A stretch of DNA of 64,000 nt from Candidatus Melainabacteria bacterium (GTDB lineage: Bacteria > Cyanobacteriota > Vampirovibrionia > Vampirovibrionales > Vampirovibrionaceae). This document shows positions 1 to 9,035 of the stretch, in pieces (the stretch's first letter is position 1; every line of letters starts with the position of its first letter). The stretch is taken from assembly GCA_050247195.1 (NCBI GenBank), contig JBFWUP010000001.1:661687-725686 (forward strand), written 5' to 3'. Both the position numbers and the translations under genes were made by a program. Below the pieces are notes generated by a model that was given only the letters and a program-made list of their open reading frames with translations, searched no databases and had not been told where the DNA came from.

Positions 1-1
1 G

Positions 2-865
2 ATTGTGGCGCTGATGCTGCTGCTGGCCACCAAGCTGTTCGGCACCACGGCCAACGGCAGCGAACGTTGGATTCCCCTGCCGTTTGGCTTTCAGCTGCAA
101 TCCAGCGATTTCGCCAAAATCGCCGCTGTGTTTCTGCTGGCCCAGGCGGCCTGTAACATGCGGTTTTTCAGTCCCGGGCTGTACATCAACCTGGTGATGG
201 TGGCGGCCATGATGGTCCTCATCATTCAGCAGCCCAACCTGAGCGTGACGCTGATGATTGGCGCACTCACCGGCGCCACCCTCTTTGTGGCGGGCCTTCC
301 CTGGATTCTGATGGCGGCCTCCACCCCGTTGATAGGTTTGGTGGTGTACCAGAAAATTATGAACACCGCCTACCAGAAGCGCCGGATTGTCGGCTGGCTG
401 AACCCCTGGAAGGATCCGATGGATGCCGGGTATAACCTCATCCAGTCCTATTACGCCATTGGCTCCGGCGGGGTGCTGGGCGCCGGTCTGGGCAACTCGA
501 TTCAGAAACTCTACTACCTGCCCTTTCAGCATACGGATTTTATTTTCGCCGTGATTTGTGAAGAGCTGGGTTTTCCCGGGGCGCTGCTGGTGCTGGGGCT
601 GTTCGGTTTTCTGGTCTGGCGCGGTTTCAGTATTGCCCTTTCCTGCCCCAATCGTTTCGGGCAGATGGTGGCTTTCGGGATGACGTTTCTGATCGCCGCC
701 CAGACGCTGGTGAATATCGCCGTGACGGTCGGGCTCTTTCCCGTGACCGGGGTCACGCTCCCATTAATTAGTTATGGCGGCACGTCGGCCATTGTCACCC
801 TGATGATGATCGGCATTCTGCTCAACATTTCCCGCTACCGTCAGACGCCTGCAGGAAGCCGCTGA
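2..865 (+). CDS. ftsW: FtsW/RodA SEDS-family peptidoglycan polymerase (5' truncated by window edge)
   Basis: Motifs GSERWI, Q-S-D/E-F-A-K, QQPNLS, HTDFIFAVICEELG and LPLISYGGTS; stop codon overlaps the murG start. Confidence 0.95.
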   Translation: MVALMLLLATKLFGTTANGSERWIPLPFGFQLQSSDFAKIAAVFLLAQAACNMRFFSPGLYINLVMVAAMMVLIIQQPNLSVTLMIGALTGATLFVAGLPWILMAASTPLIGLVVYQKIMNTAYQKRRIVGWLNPWKDPMDAGYNLIQSYYAIGSGGVLGAGLGNSIQKLYYLPFQHTDFIFAVICEELGFPGALLVLGLFGFLVWRGFSIALSCPNRFGQMVAFGMTFLIAAQTLVNIAVTVGLFPVTGVTLPLISYGGTSAIVTLMMIGILLNISRYRQTPAGSR

Positions 866-2001
866 TGCGCATTGCCGTGACCGGAGGCGGAACCGGCGGA
901 CATATCTACCCGGCGCTGGCTGTGGCGGAAGCTTTACGTGCTGAAGGCCATACGCTGCTCTATGTGGGCAACCGCACGCATGGCGGTCAGGCAAGTCTGG
1001 AATCGCGTCTGGCGCCCGAGCGCGGCTTTGCATTTGAATGCGTGTCGTTTTACGGCATGCCGCGCGCGCTGAGTCTCTCTCTGCTGAAATGGTTGTGGGC
1101 CCTGCGTCGGGCGCGCGAAGTAGCCAGGGAGATTCTGGCGACGTTTCAGCCGGATGCGGTTCTGGGGACTGGCGGTTATGTGAGTGCGCCGGTGCTGCTG
1201 GCGGCCCAGAGCCTGAAGATTCCAACCGTGATCCACGAGCCGGATGCCCACCCCGGTCTGGCCAACCGGCAGGCTGCGCGCCGCGCCACGCGCGTGACGG
1301 CCGCTTTCGCCCAGAGTGGGAATTTGCTGGGCCTTTCCGGCAGTGATCGGTTTTTTGTGACGGGTAACCCGGTTGCCGCTGGCCTGGGGACAATTCCCCG
1401 GGCTGAGGCGTTGCAGACACTGGGCTGGGACTGGCCGGCTGAAGGCCCGGTGCTGCTGGTCACCGGGGGCTCTCAGGGGGCGCGGCGCATTAACGAAGCC
1501 GTGGTGGAGGCCCTGCCAACGCTTCGCCAGACGACGCCCGCCGTCCGGGTCATCCATGTTAGTGGTCCTAAGTTATTTGAGGAAACGCAGACAAGATTGG
1601 CGTCCGTTTACCCGGACTGGGCCGGTGACCCGGGTTACCGGCTGATGGCTTACACTGCGGACATGCCGCTGCTGATGGCGGTTTCCACGGTGGCTTTGTG
1701 CCGTGCCGGCTCCATGACTCTCTCGGAAATGATGGTTTGTGGCCTGCCCACGGTGCTGATTCCCTACCCGCACGCCGCTGCCGATCACCAGACCCTGAAT
1801 GCCCGCGCCAGTGAGACCACAGGAGCGTCGCTGGTGATTCCCGATTCGGCGCTGACCGGCGAACGCCTGCTCTCGGTTCTGCTGCCGCTGCTGGCGGATA
1901 CCCCGCGTCTGGCGGCCATGGCGCAGGCGGCCCGCGCCCAGGCCCACCCGGAAGCCACAGCGGCCATTGCCGGCCATGTGCTGGCTGCGGCGCGTGGGTA
2001 A
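865..2001 (+). CDS. murG: UDP-GlcNAc:lipid I N-acetylglucosaminyltransferase
   Basis: GGGTGGHIYP, GTGGYVS, TGNPV, GGSQGA, RAGSMT and HQTLNA motifs; directly after ftsW. Confidence 0.97.
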   Translation: MRIAVTGGGTGGHIYPALAVAEALRAEGHTLLYVGNRTHGGQASLESRLAPERGFAFECVSFYGMPRALSLSLLKWLWALRRAREVAREILATFQPDAVLGTGGYVSAPVLLAAQSLKIPTVIHEPDAHPGLANRQAARRATRVTAAFAQSGNLLGLSGSDRFFVTGNPVAAGLGTIPRAEALQTLGWDWPAEGPVLLVTGGSQGARRINEAVVEALPTLRQTTPAVRVIHVSGPKLFEETQTRLASVYPDWAGDPGYRLMAYTADMPLLMAVSTVALCRAGSMTLSEMMVCGLPTVLIPYPHAAADHQTLNARASETTGASLVIPDSALTGERLLSVLLPLLADTPRLAAMAQAARAQAHPEATAAIAGHVLAAARG

Positions 2002-2089
2002 GAGCGGATTGATTTTAGGCTTGGATGGCATACAATGGGAGGCACTTCAGAGAGCGTCTCAACTCTCCCCCAGCCTCTGTCGTCCTTAT

Positions 2090-2164
2090 TGGGGCGTCGC
2101 CAAGCGGTAAGGCAGCTGGTTTTGGTCCAGCCATTCGGAGGTTCGAATCCTTCCGCCCCAGCCA
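2090..2164 (+). tRNA. tRNA-Gln (anticodon TTG)
   Basis: Cloverleaf TGGGGCG..CGCCCCA acceptor stem, D-arm GCCAAGCGGTAAGGC, anticodon stem GCTGG-TTTTGGT-CCAGC, GGTTCGAATCC T-loop, encoded CCA. Confidence 0.97.
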
Positions 2165-2168
2165 ATCA

Positions 2169-2200
2169 CCCTTCAGCGTTTGCTGAGGGGTTGTTTGTTT
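2169..2200 (+). terminator. Intrinsic terminator after tRNA-Gln
   Basis: CCCTTCAGC-GTTT-GCTGAGGGG hairpin followed by TTGTTTGTTT. Confidence 0.75.
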
Positions 2201-3324
2201 CTGAGAGGGTGGGCGCTCAGAATGGCGTTCATCTGGGCCTCGGTCACGGCCTCGGCGACGGCTTCATACAGGGGCGTGAGGGTATCCGGGTGCAGTGTGG
2301 TGGCGTCCACTGTTTGCGCTGCTCCCGGTCCGACACGCACCAGCCGGGCGGTGCTGAATGCAATCACCCCGTCCCCGCTGGTGGTGTTCATCACGCCACC
2401 CATGGCCCCGATGCCCAGCACAGCCCGCCGGCACAGCGCATCCAGCGCCGTGGGGTTCAGCGGGGCATCCGTGGCCACGATGATGATGATGGACCCCTGA
2501 CGCGGTCCGGACGAATCGGCGCGCCGGGCCCGGTCGGCGTTGTCCTGTGTGCGGATGCTCTCCAGGGACCTGCCGAGTGCCTGCTCCAGGGCCTGCCGGA
2601 CTGACGGGCTGAGCTGCTCCAGGCGGCTGTGGTTGCTGTTGACCAGGACTCCCAGGGTAAACCTCTGTCCACCGATCGGGACGGTTCTGCTGGCGGTGCC
2701 GATACCTGCATGGAGTTCGAAGGAACGCATTCCCGTACCTGCCCCCACCCGGCCGGTTGCCACGGGACCGCCGCCGGCTGTTTCCAGGGCCTGCACGCCA
2801 TGGCCTGGCTGAATGACGTTGGGATGTTCGATGGTATTGAAATAACCGTCCCAGCATTCGCCAACCACCGGTAACTGGCCCGGCCATTCCGTGCTGTCCG
2901 GGGTATCGCCGGGGTGGTGCTTGCGGTAAAAATCCATCACCCCGGTATGGACGGCGCCAATCGCCAGCGTGTTGGTCAGGAGGATGGGCGCATTCAGTAA
3001 ACCGGTATCGTTGATAAAGGCAAGTCCGGTCAGTTCGCCGTTGCCGTTCAGCATCCGTCCGGCGGCCCATACGGCCTGTGTGGCCAGGTTACCGCTGTGC
3101 GGCACAATGGCTGTGACCCCCGTGCGAATCCGCACGGGCTCCTCTGAAGAGAGCGTGACATGCCCCACGCGCACACCGGGGACATCTGTAATTGCGTTAA
3201 GCGCGCCGGTGGGCAGGCGCCATGCCGGCAGGGTGGCGCGGGGGTGAGTCCGTCCGCTCAGGGAGAACAGGAGTATCACCAGTATCAGACAGGCGGCAGG
3301 GAGGCGTCTTTGCTTTTGATGCAT
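2173..3324 (-). CDS. P1/DmpA-family (S58) aminopeptidase, probably exported
   Basis: NAITDVPGVRVGH, NGNGELTG, LTNT, GRVGAGTGM, QG|SII autoprocessing site and SGD motifs; hydrophobic N-terminus. Confidence 0.9.
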   Translation of the reverse strand: MHQKQRRLPAACLILVILLFSLSGRTHPRATLPAWRLPTGALNAITDVPGVRVGHVTLSSEEPVRIRTGVTAIVPHSGNLATQAVWAAGRMLNGNGELTGLAFINDTGLLNAPILLTNTLAIGAVHTGVMDFYRKHHPGDTPDSTEWPGQLPVVGECWDGYFNTIEHPNVIQPGHGVQALETAGGGPVATGRVGAGTGMRSFELHAGIGTASRTVPIGGQRFTLGVLVNSNHSRLEQLSPSVRQALEQALGRSLESIRTQDNADRARRADSSGPRQGSIIIIVATDAPLNPTALDALCRRAVLGIGAMGGVMNTTSGDGVIAFSTARLVRVGPGAAQTVDATTLHPDTLTPLYEAVAEAVTEAQMNAILSAHPLRNKQPLSKR

Positions 3325-3424
3325 CGGGTCACTTTCCTTCCGGGGGGGATGCCGGGTATGCTGGCATTATACGGCAGGCCCCGGAGCTCCCGAACCTTGC
3401 GGACTGCCGGGCGTCTGTACAGGC

Positions 3425-4387
3425 ATGTTTGGTATGTTGGCGAATCTGATTGGCAGTGTGGTCTGGCTGGCCAGCGCCGTGGCCAGCGTGTTGTGCGTGG
3501 CCGGGTATTTTTATACGGGCCACCCCCTGCTGGATCTCGCCAGCCAGTTTTACTGGGCCTATGCTGTGGTGCTGGCCTGTGGTCTGCTGTGGATGGTTTA
3601 CCGTGTGAACACCATGGGAACCATTCTGCTGGCGCTCTGCCTGGGGTTGAGTCTCGGGAAGGTGGTTCCCACCTTCCTGCCCCTGGTGACGACCGGCAAT
3701 GCGGTGGCGTTGGGGGAACCGATCAAAATCCTGTCGTTCAACACCTGGGCCAGCAATGTGGATGCTGCTGCGATTGAACACCTGCTGGTTCAGGAACAGC
3801 CGGATCTCGCCGCGCTGATTGAAATCAGCAAGGAGAACCGGGCAAAGCTGGAAGCCACCGATATCTTTCAGCGTTACCCGGTGCATGTCCGTCTGCCGGG
3901 CAGTCAGTTGCTGCTGCTCAGTCGTTTTCCACTACAGGGCGCCCCGCGTGAATTTGGCGATCCCCCCGCACTGCAGGTGCCGCTTCGGATCCAGGGGAAA
4001 ACCGTCACGCTGCTGGTGACCCACACCACCCGGCCCATTGCCGGGTTCGGTCACTTCTCGCGGCATCTGGCGAATCTCGCTGAGCGTGTCCTCGCGTTGA
4101 AGACACCGGTCATCCTGCTTGGCGATCTCAACACCGGCCCCTGGTCAAGAGATTTTCAAAGCCTGCTGTATAAAACCGGGCTGATTAATACCCAACAGGG
4201 TTTTGGCGCACTGCCCACGTATCCGGTCAAAATTCCCAGAACGCATGTGGACTGGCCGGTTCCCGTACTGCCAATTGACCACGTGCTGGTCAGCCCGGAC
4301 TGGCGTGTACAGAGTCGCCGGGTGGGGTCGCCCGCCGGCTCGGATCACCTGCCGCTGATTCTGGAGTTGGGGCTGCAGAAACTTTAG
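3425..4387 (+). CDS. Endonuclease/exonuclease/phosphatase family protein with N-terminal TM helices (YafD-like)
   Basis: ILSFN, PDL..L.E, LLGDLN, PIDHVL and GSDHLP motifs. Confidence 0.88.
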   Translation: MFGMLANLIGSVVWLASAVASVLCVAGYFYTGHPLLDLASQFYWAYAVVLACGLLWMVYRVNTMGTILLALCLGLSLGKVVPTFLPLVTTGNAVALGEPIKILSFNTWASNVDAAAIEHLLVQEQPDLAALIEISKENRAKLEATDIFQRYPVHVRLPGSQLLLLSRFPLQGAPREFGDPPALQVPLRIQGKTVTLLVTHTTRPIAGFGHFSRHLANLAERVLALKTPVILLGDLNTGPWSRDFQSLLYKTGLINTQQGFGALPTYPVKIPRTHVDWPVPVLPIDHVLVSPDWRVQSRRVGSPAGSDHLPLILELGLQKL

Positions 4388-4391
4388 CAGG

Positions 4392-5069
4392 TCAGATACA
4401 GGAGCTAAGTTCCGTCTGGCGGATCAGGCCCTCGGCAATAGGCGCCTGTGCCTGCGCCAGCGGTGAGAACTGACCCTGCTCCGGATTGTAGGCAAACACT
4501 TCGCCGGATTCAATTTTGTAGACCCACCCGTGCAGGTTGAGTTCGCCTTTCACCATGCGAGAAGCAACCGAAGGCAGGGTACGAATGTTTTCCAGCTGTA
4601 CCAGCACATTTTCCTGAATGGCGATGTTCACACGGTCGTTATCCGTGTGGTCCTGGTAGTTCTCTTCCAGAATGCGCCGGGTGGCCTCGGCGTGTTGCAG
4701 CCATTGTCTGACGGCCGGCATTTTTTCATAACTCGCCGGATTCAGCAGACTGTTCATGGCGCCGCAATGGCTGTGGCCGCAGATAATAATGTCCTTGATG
4801 CCCAGCGCCATGACGGCATACTCAATGGTGGCCCCTTCGCCGCCGTTGGAAGCGCCATGGGGCGGGACGATATTGCCGGCATTGCGCAGAATGAACAGCT
4901 CGCCCGGGGCAGTCTGGGTAATCAGGTTGGGGTTAATCCGGGAGTCGGAACAGGTAATGAACAGGGCATCGGGACTCTGGCCATGCTGGCTGAGCCGGTG
5001 AAAAAGCTCCTCCTGGGCACTGAAAACGTGGCTCTGGAAATGGTGCAGACCATGAATCAGTTTTTGCAC
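4392..5069 (-). CDS. can: Beta-class carbonic anhydrase
   Basis: Zn ligands in CSDSR and GHSHCG; GTG start with AGGAG Shine-Dalgarno. Confidence 0.95.
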   Translation of the reverse strand: MQKLIHGLHHFQSHVFSAQEELFHRLSQHGQSPDALFITCSDSRINPNLITQTAPGELFILRNAGNIVPPHGASNGGEGATIEYAVMALGIKDIIICGHSHCGAMNSLLNPASYEKMPAVRQWLQHAEATRRILEENYQDHTDNDRVNIAIQENVLVQLENIRTLPSVASRMVKGELNLHGWVYKIESGEVFAYNPEQGQFSPLAQAQAPIAEGLIRQTELSSCI

Positions 5070-5169
5070 GGGATGACTCCTTCTGTGGCGGCCGGAAAAC
5101 GGCGGCTGACATATAAGAAATAATTAATATGATAACTGTCCGACAGTGTAGATGAACCGTCGGGTGGGG

Positions 5170-5742
5170 TCAAACACCTGGCCACAGGAGGGTGGCCATG
5201 CCCATCATAGCAAGGATCAGTGCAGTGACCATTCGGATGGCATTGAGTGGCAGGCGACTGGCCATGGCGTTGCCCAGGTAGACCACCGGCACATTGGCGG
5301 CCAGCATACCCAGCGTACTGCCCACCACCACAGCCACAACATCGTGAAAACGCGCCGCCATGGCCAGGGTGGCCACCTGGGTTTTGTCGCCCATTTCCGC
5401 CATAAAAAACAGCCACGTGGTAACCCACAGAATATTCGCCGTACCTGCGTCATCCGTGAGGGTGTCTTCATCCGCTGTGTCGGGAATGAGAATCCAGACG
5501 GCCACGGCGAAAAAGGAAACCGCCAGGCCCCAGCGCATCCATTCGGGATTCAGGGAGGCGCGCAGCCAGTAACCCACGGCGCCCGTGCCGGCGTGATTGA
5601 GCAGCGTGGCCAGAAAAATGCCGGCAATGAGGGGCAGGGGACGCCCGTAGCGAACCGATAGCATGAGGGTGAGCAGCTGGGTTTTGTCGCCCATTTCCGC
5701 CAGACAGACCAGCGCCAGAGAGGTGATGAGTGCTGTGAGCAT
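5170..5742 (-). CDS. TMEM165/GDT1 (UPF0016) Mn2+/Ca2+ transporter
   Basis: Two E-M-G-D-K-T-Q signature motifs and about six TM segments. Confidence 0.93.
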   Translation of the reverse strand: MLTALITSLALVCLAEMGDKTQLLTLMLSVRYGRPLPLIAGIFLATLLNHAGTGAVGYWLRASLNPEWMRWGLAVSFFAVAVWILIPDTADEDTLTDDAGTANILWVTTWLFFMAEMGDKTQVATLAMAARFHDVVAVVVGSTLGMLAANVPVVYLGNAMASRLPLNAIRMVTALILAMMGMATLLWPGV

Positions 5743-5769
5743 GATATTCAGTATAGAGGAAAGCGGCGT

Positions 5770-5798
5770 TTGACAGTGCGGGACCCGATGGTTATACT
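5770..5798 (+). promoter_or_regulatory. Sigma70-type promoter of the Met-leader/DUF62 unit
   Basis: TTGACA (5770-5775), 17-nt spacer, TATACT (5793-5798). Confidence 0.85.
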
Positions 5799-5831
5799 CA
5801 CGGTTACGTTATAGGATACGTTTTGATTTTG

Positions 5832-5903
5832 ATGCGCACTGCAGCAGCCAGTATGGCCATGATGGCGATGATGATGCCGGTTACAGACCGGGATCGGCCG
5901 TAA
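5832..5903 (+). CDS. Methionine-rich attenuator leader peptide MRTAAASMAMMAMMMPVTDRDRP (23 aa; not in ORF track)
   Basis: Six internal ATG codons within eight codons (5853-5876); lies between a consensus promoter and a terminator; its last codons carry the antiterminator arm. Confidence 0.8.
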   Translation: MRTAAASMAMMAMMMPVTDRDRP

Positions 5904-5965
5904 GCTGCTACAAACGCATTGCAGTTTTTCTGAAGGCCCGATCCCGGATCGGGCTTTCTGTTTTG
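5888..5965 (+). promoter_or_regulatory. Antiterminator/terminator switch of the Met attenuator
   Basis: Terminator GCCCGATC-CCG-GATCGGGC (5936-5954) plus TTTCTGTTTT; CCGGGATCGG (5888-5897) is the exact reverse complement of 5938-5947, so the two stems are mutually exclusive. Confidence 0.8.
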
Positions 5966-5990
5966 TCATTCAGCATAAAGGAACGCCACC

Positions 5991-7241
5991 ATGGTTACCT
6001 CACCCGTTTTTGGATTGTCTCTGCCGCAACCGTCGCCGTTTCAGGGGGTGAATATCATCACCGATTGCAGTGACGGGTTGACCACGGCCCGCATTGACCG
6101 CCGTCTGGGCGAAGTGGCGGAAGGTGTGCAGAACAAACGAAAAGCACTCTCGGATGCCTTTCCGGATCTGTCCTTTCTGGAGGTGAAACAGGAGGGAGGC
6201 AGCCGGGAACTACATACCCGCACCGTTCCGGATATCCTGCCGGGTTCCGTGGCGTGTGCCGGGCGGGCCTTGATGGAGCTGGCCGGAACCCCGAACCGGG
6301 ATGTGTTTGTCCATGTGACCGACCCCGGTGTGGGTGGCCGCCGGATTCACGACCGCGCCATTCTGGTCACCGAAAACAACGGCGTTCACATTGGCCCGAA
6401 CAACGGTCTCTTCTCGGCGCTGTATCAGGACCTCGTGCGGCAGGGACAGAAGCCCGAACTGCTGACCATTGATCTGGATAAAGTCCAGCGGTTTGAGCAG
6501 GTGCGCACCGATGACCCGGATTACCGGACGGCTGATACGTTTCACGGCAAAAGCGTGTTTGGCGTGATTGGTGGTGCGCTGGCCGGTGGGGTGGATCCTC
6601 ATTTCTTTGCAGACCAGAGACCCGAGGCCCGGCAGAAAGTGGTTGATTCTCCATTCTTCAGGGAGTTAGGCGATTTGAATGTCGATAAGCTTTTGTCTGG
6701 TGAGGCATTGCCGGTGCGTGGTATTGAGGACCGCACCATGGGCAATGTACAGCTGAATGTCCATCTGCCGCGGGAAGCTGCCGACCGGCTGCGCAGCGTG
6801 GATGAACAACCCGGCGCGTTTCCCGTGCTGCAGATCCGTAATCCGGCGGACCCGGAAAAATCCCTGACGCTGCCGTTGCGTCGTTTCTTTGGCCAGGTGG
6901 GCGTGGGTGAGCCCCTGATTTACGCCGGCAGCACCCTGGCCAGCATGCCCGGTAACCGCTTCAACGGTGGGTTGCTGGAAGTGGCCGTCAACGGGGATCA
7001 TGCGGCCCGAAAGCTCGGATTCCCTGAACCTGACACGCGGGTGCTGGAAACCGCCAAATCCATTAAACGCGAGCAGAAGGCGGGTGACGATGTGCCGGAT
7101 GGCAGCGTGCCCCTGGAAATCCGTTTAACAGACGCGGGTGATCCCACCGTCTGGCTGGGCCGGCAGGACAGGGAAGACACCGGCCTTCACAAGGCTGAGA
7201 AACAGCAGCAACCGGGCACCCACTTGTCACACCTGGCCTGA
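5991..7241 (+). CDS. SAM hydroxide adenosyltransferase (DUF62; SAM hydrolase/halogenase superfamily) with N- and C-terminal extensions
   Basis: VTDPGVGGRR, GPNNGLF, TFHGK and LEVAVNG..AA..LG motifs; Asp/Arg/His hydrolase residues present. Confidence 0.85.
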   Translation: MVTSPVFGLSLPQPSPFQGVNIITDCSDGLTTARIDRRLGEVAEGVQNKRKALSDAFPDLSFLEVKQEGGSRELHTRTVPDILPGSVACAGRALMELAGTPNRDVFVHVTDPGVGGRRIHDRAILVTENNGVHIGPNNGLFSALYQDLVRQGQKPELLTIDLDKVQRFEQVRTDDPDYRTADTFHGKSVFGVIGGALAGGVDPHFFADQRPEARQKVVDSPFFRELGDLNVDKLLSGEALPVRGIEDRTMGNVQLNVHLPREAADRLRSVDEQPGAFPVLQIRNPADPEKSLTLPLRRFFGQVGVGEPLIYAGSTLASMPGNRFNGGLLEVAVNGDHAARKLGFPEPDTRVLETAKSIKREQKAGDDVPDGSVPLEIRLTDAGDPTVWLGRQDREDTGLHKAEKQQQPGTHLSHLA

Positions 7242-7287
7242 TGCGCGATAGTGGACGGGTTCACCATGATTTGTGAGGGATTCGTCC

Positions 7288-8286
7288 ATGAGCGCCACTG
7301 CCGGAGACATGTGCCAGAGCCCCCGGGCTGTTGCTGAGAATATTCTTGACCTGGTGGGCCATACCCCGCTGGTGCGCATTAACAGGCTGGCCAAAGGGCT
7401 GCCGGTGACGGTATACGCCAAGCTGGAAATGCTGAATCCGGGCGGCAGCGCCAAGGACCGCATTGCCATTGCCATGATTGATGCGGCTGAAAAGGAAAGC
7501 CGTATCCGCCCGGGCGATACCATTGTGGAGGCCACCGCCGGTAATACCGGGGCAGGCCTTGCCCTGGTGGCTGCCCAGCGCGGATACCGCTGCATTTTTA
7601 CGATGCCCGATAAGATGAGCGAGGACAAAGTGCGCCTGCTGAAAGCGTTTGGCGCTGAGATTGTGATGACCCCCACCAACGTGGCGCCCGATGATCCGGA
7701 AAGCTACAACGGCAAGGCGGATCAGATCGCCCGCGATATCGGTGGTTTTCGCCCCGGGCAGTTTACCAACCCCAACAATCCGCTGGCGCACTACCTCACC
7801 ACCGGCCCGGAGATCTGGGAAGCGCTGGCAGGGCGGGTGGATTACTACGTGGCGGGCATGGGGACTGGCGGCAGTATTTCCGGCACGGGTAAATTTCTGA
7901 AGGAAAAGAATCCCAATCTCACCGTGATTGGCGCCGACCCGGAAGGGTCAATCCTTTCCGGCGATGAGCCGCGCAGTTACAAGGTGGAAGGGATTGGGGA
8001 GGATTTCTTTCCGGAAACCTTTGACCCCACCGTGGTGGATACCATGGTGCGTGTCTCGGACGCCCAGTCCTTTACCATGGCGCGTCGCCTGGCGAAGGAG
8101 GAAGGCATCCTGGCCGGGGGTTCCTGCGGGACGGCCATGCATGCCGCACTGAGCTATGCCAGTGGTCTGCCCAATGATGGCCCGCTAAAAAACATGGTGG
8201 TGCTGCTGCCGGATACCGGGCGGAATTATCTCTCCAAAATATTCAACGATGACTGGATGCGCGACAACGGGTTTCCGTTGGATTAA
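7288..8286 (+). CDS. PLP-dependent cysteine synthase / short cystathionine beta-synthase
   Basis: NPGGSAKDR (PLP Lys), EATAGNTG, GMGTGG, KVEGIGEDF and RNYLSK motifs; ATG 7288 has a GAGGGA SD. Confidence 0.92.
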   Translation: MSATAGDMCQSPRAVAENILDLVGHTPLVRINRLAKGLPVTVYAKLEMLNPGGSAKDRIAIAMIDAAEKESRIRPGDTIVEATAGNTGAGLALVAAQRGYRCIFTMPDKMSEDKVRLLKAFGAEIVMTPTNVAPDDPESYNGKADQIARDIGGFRPGQFTNPNNPLAHYLTTGPEIWEALAGRVDYYVAGMGTGGSISGTGKFLKEKNPNLTVIGADPEGSILSGDEPRSYKVEGIGEDFFPETFDPTVVDTMVRVSDAQSFTMARRLAKEEGILAGGSCGTAMHAALSYASGLPNDGPLKNMVVLLPDTGRNYLSKIFNDDWMRDNGFPLD

Positions 8287-8291
8287 GCCCG

Positions 8292-9035
8292 ATGACGACT
8301 GTTGCCATCTGTCAGTCCAACTACATTCCCTGGAAGGGGTATTTTGATCTGATTGCCCGTGCGGATGCCTTTGTCCTGCTGGATGACGTGCAGTACACCC
8401 GGCGTGACTGGCGTAACCGCAACCAGATTCTGACCGTCGGTGGCCTGCAGTGGCTGACCATTTCCGTGGCGAGCAAAGGCCATTATACGGACCGGATTGA
8501 TGAGATTCGGATCAGCGAGCCGCAGTGGGCAGCGGATCACTGGAAAACACTGACCCACGTTTACGGTAAAGCCGACGGGTTTGCCTGGATGGCCGATGAA
8601 ATGGCGGACCTGTATACCGCGCTGGCCGCAGAGCCCCTGCTGTGCCGGGTCAACCATGCCCTGCTGGCGGTCTTGCTGCGCCGTCTGGCGATTGCAACGC
8701 CGGTGCATCATGCCTCGGATCTCGACCCGCTGAGCACAGAGATTGCCGGGCGGGAAAAGAGTGGCCGCCTTCTCCGGCTTTGCCAGAAACTGAAAGCCAC
8801 GCGGTATCTCTCCGGCCCGGCGGCCAAAGCCTATCTGGATGTGGCCGCCTTTGAAACCGCCGGGATTGCGGTTGAGTGGATGACCTATGATCATTATCCG
8901 GCGTATCCCCAGTTGCACCGACCTGAAGGGGAGACCTGCGTTCATACGGTCAGCGTGCTGGATCTTCTATTTAACCTGGGGCCCGATGCGGCGTATTATT
9001 TAAGAAACGCAGCAATGGCCTCCACCACCCGGTGA
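8292..9035 (+). CDS. WbqC-family protein (putative aminoacyl transfer to amino sugars)
   Basis: QSNYIPWKGYFDLI, LDDVQY..RDWRNRN, YLSGPAA.AY and SVLDLLFN motifs. Confidence 0.93.
   Translation: MTTVAICQSNYIPWKGYFDLIARADAFVLLDDVQYTRRDWRNRNQILTVGGLQWLTISVASKGHYTDRIDEIRISEPQWAADHWKTLTHVYGKADGFAWMADEMADLYTALAAEPLLCRVNHALLAVLLRRLAIATPVHHASDLDPLSTEIAGREKSGRLLRLCQKLKATRYLSGPAAKAYLDVAAFETAGIAVEWMTYDHYPAYPQLHRPEGETCVHTVSVLDLLFNLGPDAAYYLRNAAMASTTR

Noticed and set aside
2140-2164. tRNA-Gln as the integration site of a genomic island
   Set aside because: No second copy of the tRNA 3' end and no integrase were seen in the window.
5748-5969. Minus-strand ORF with His-rich RHHHRHHGH, suggesting a His leader or metal-binding peptide upstream of the GDT1 gene
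   Set aside because: It is the antisense reading of the ATG run. The promoter, terminator polarity and antiterminator all lie on the plus strand.
5743-5990. yybP-ykoY Mn2+ riboswitch expected upstream of a GDT1-family gene
   Set aside because: No GGGGAGUA-type consensus on the minus strand; the region is explained by the plus-strand attenuator.
5991-7241. Fluorinase/chlorinase assignment
   Set aside because: The Asp (VTDPG), Arg (GGRR) and His (TFHG) residues characteristic of the hydroxide-using DUF62 branch are present.
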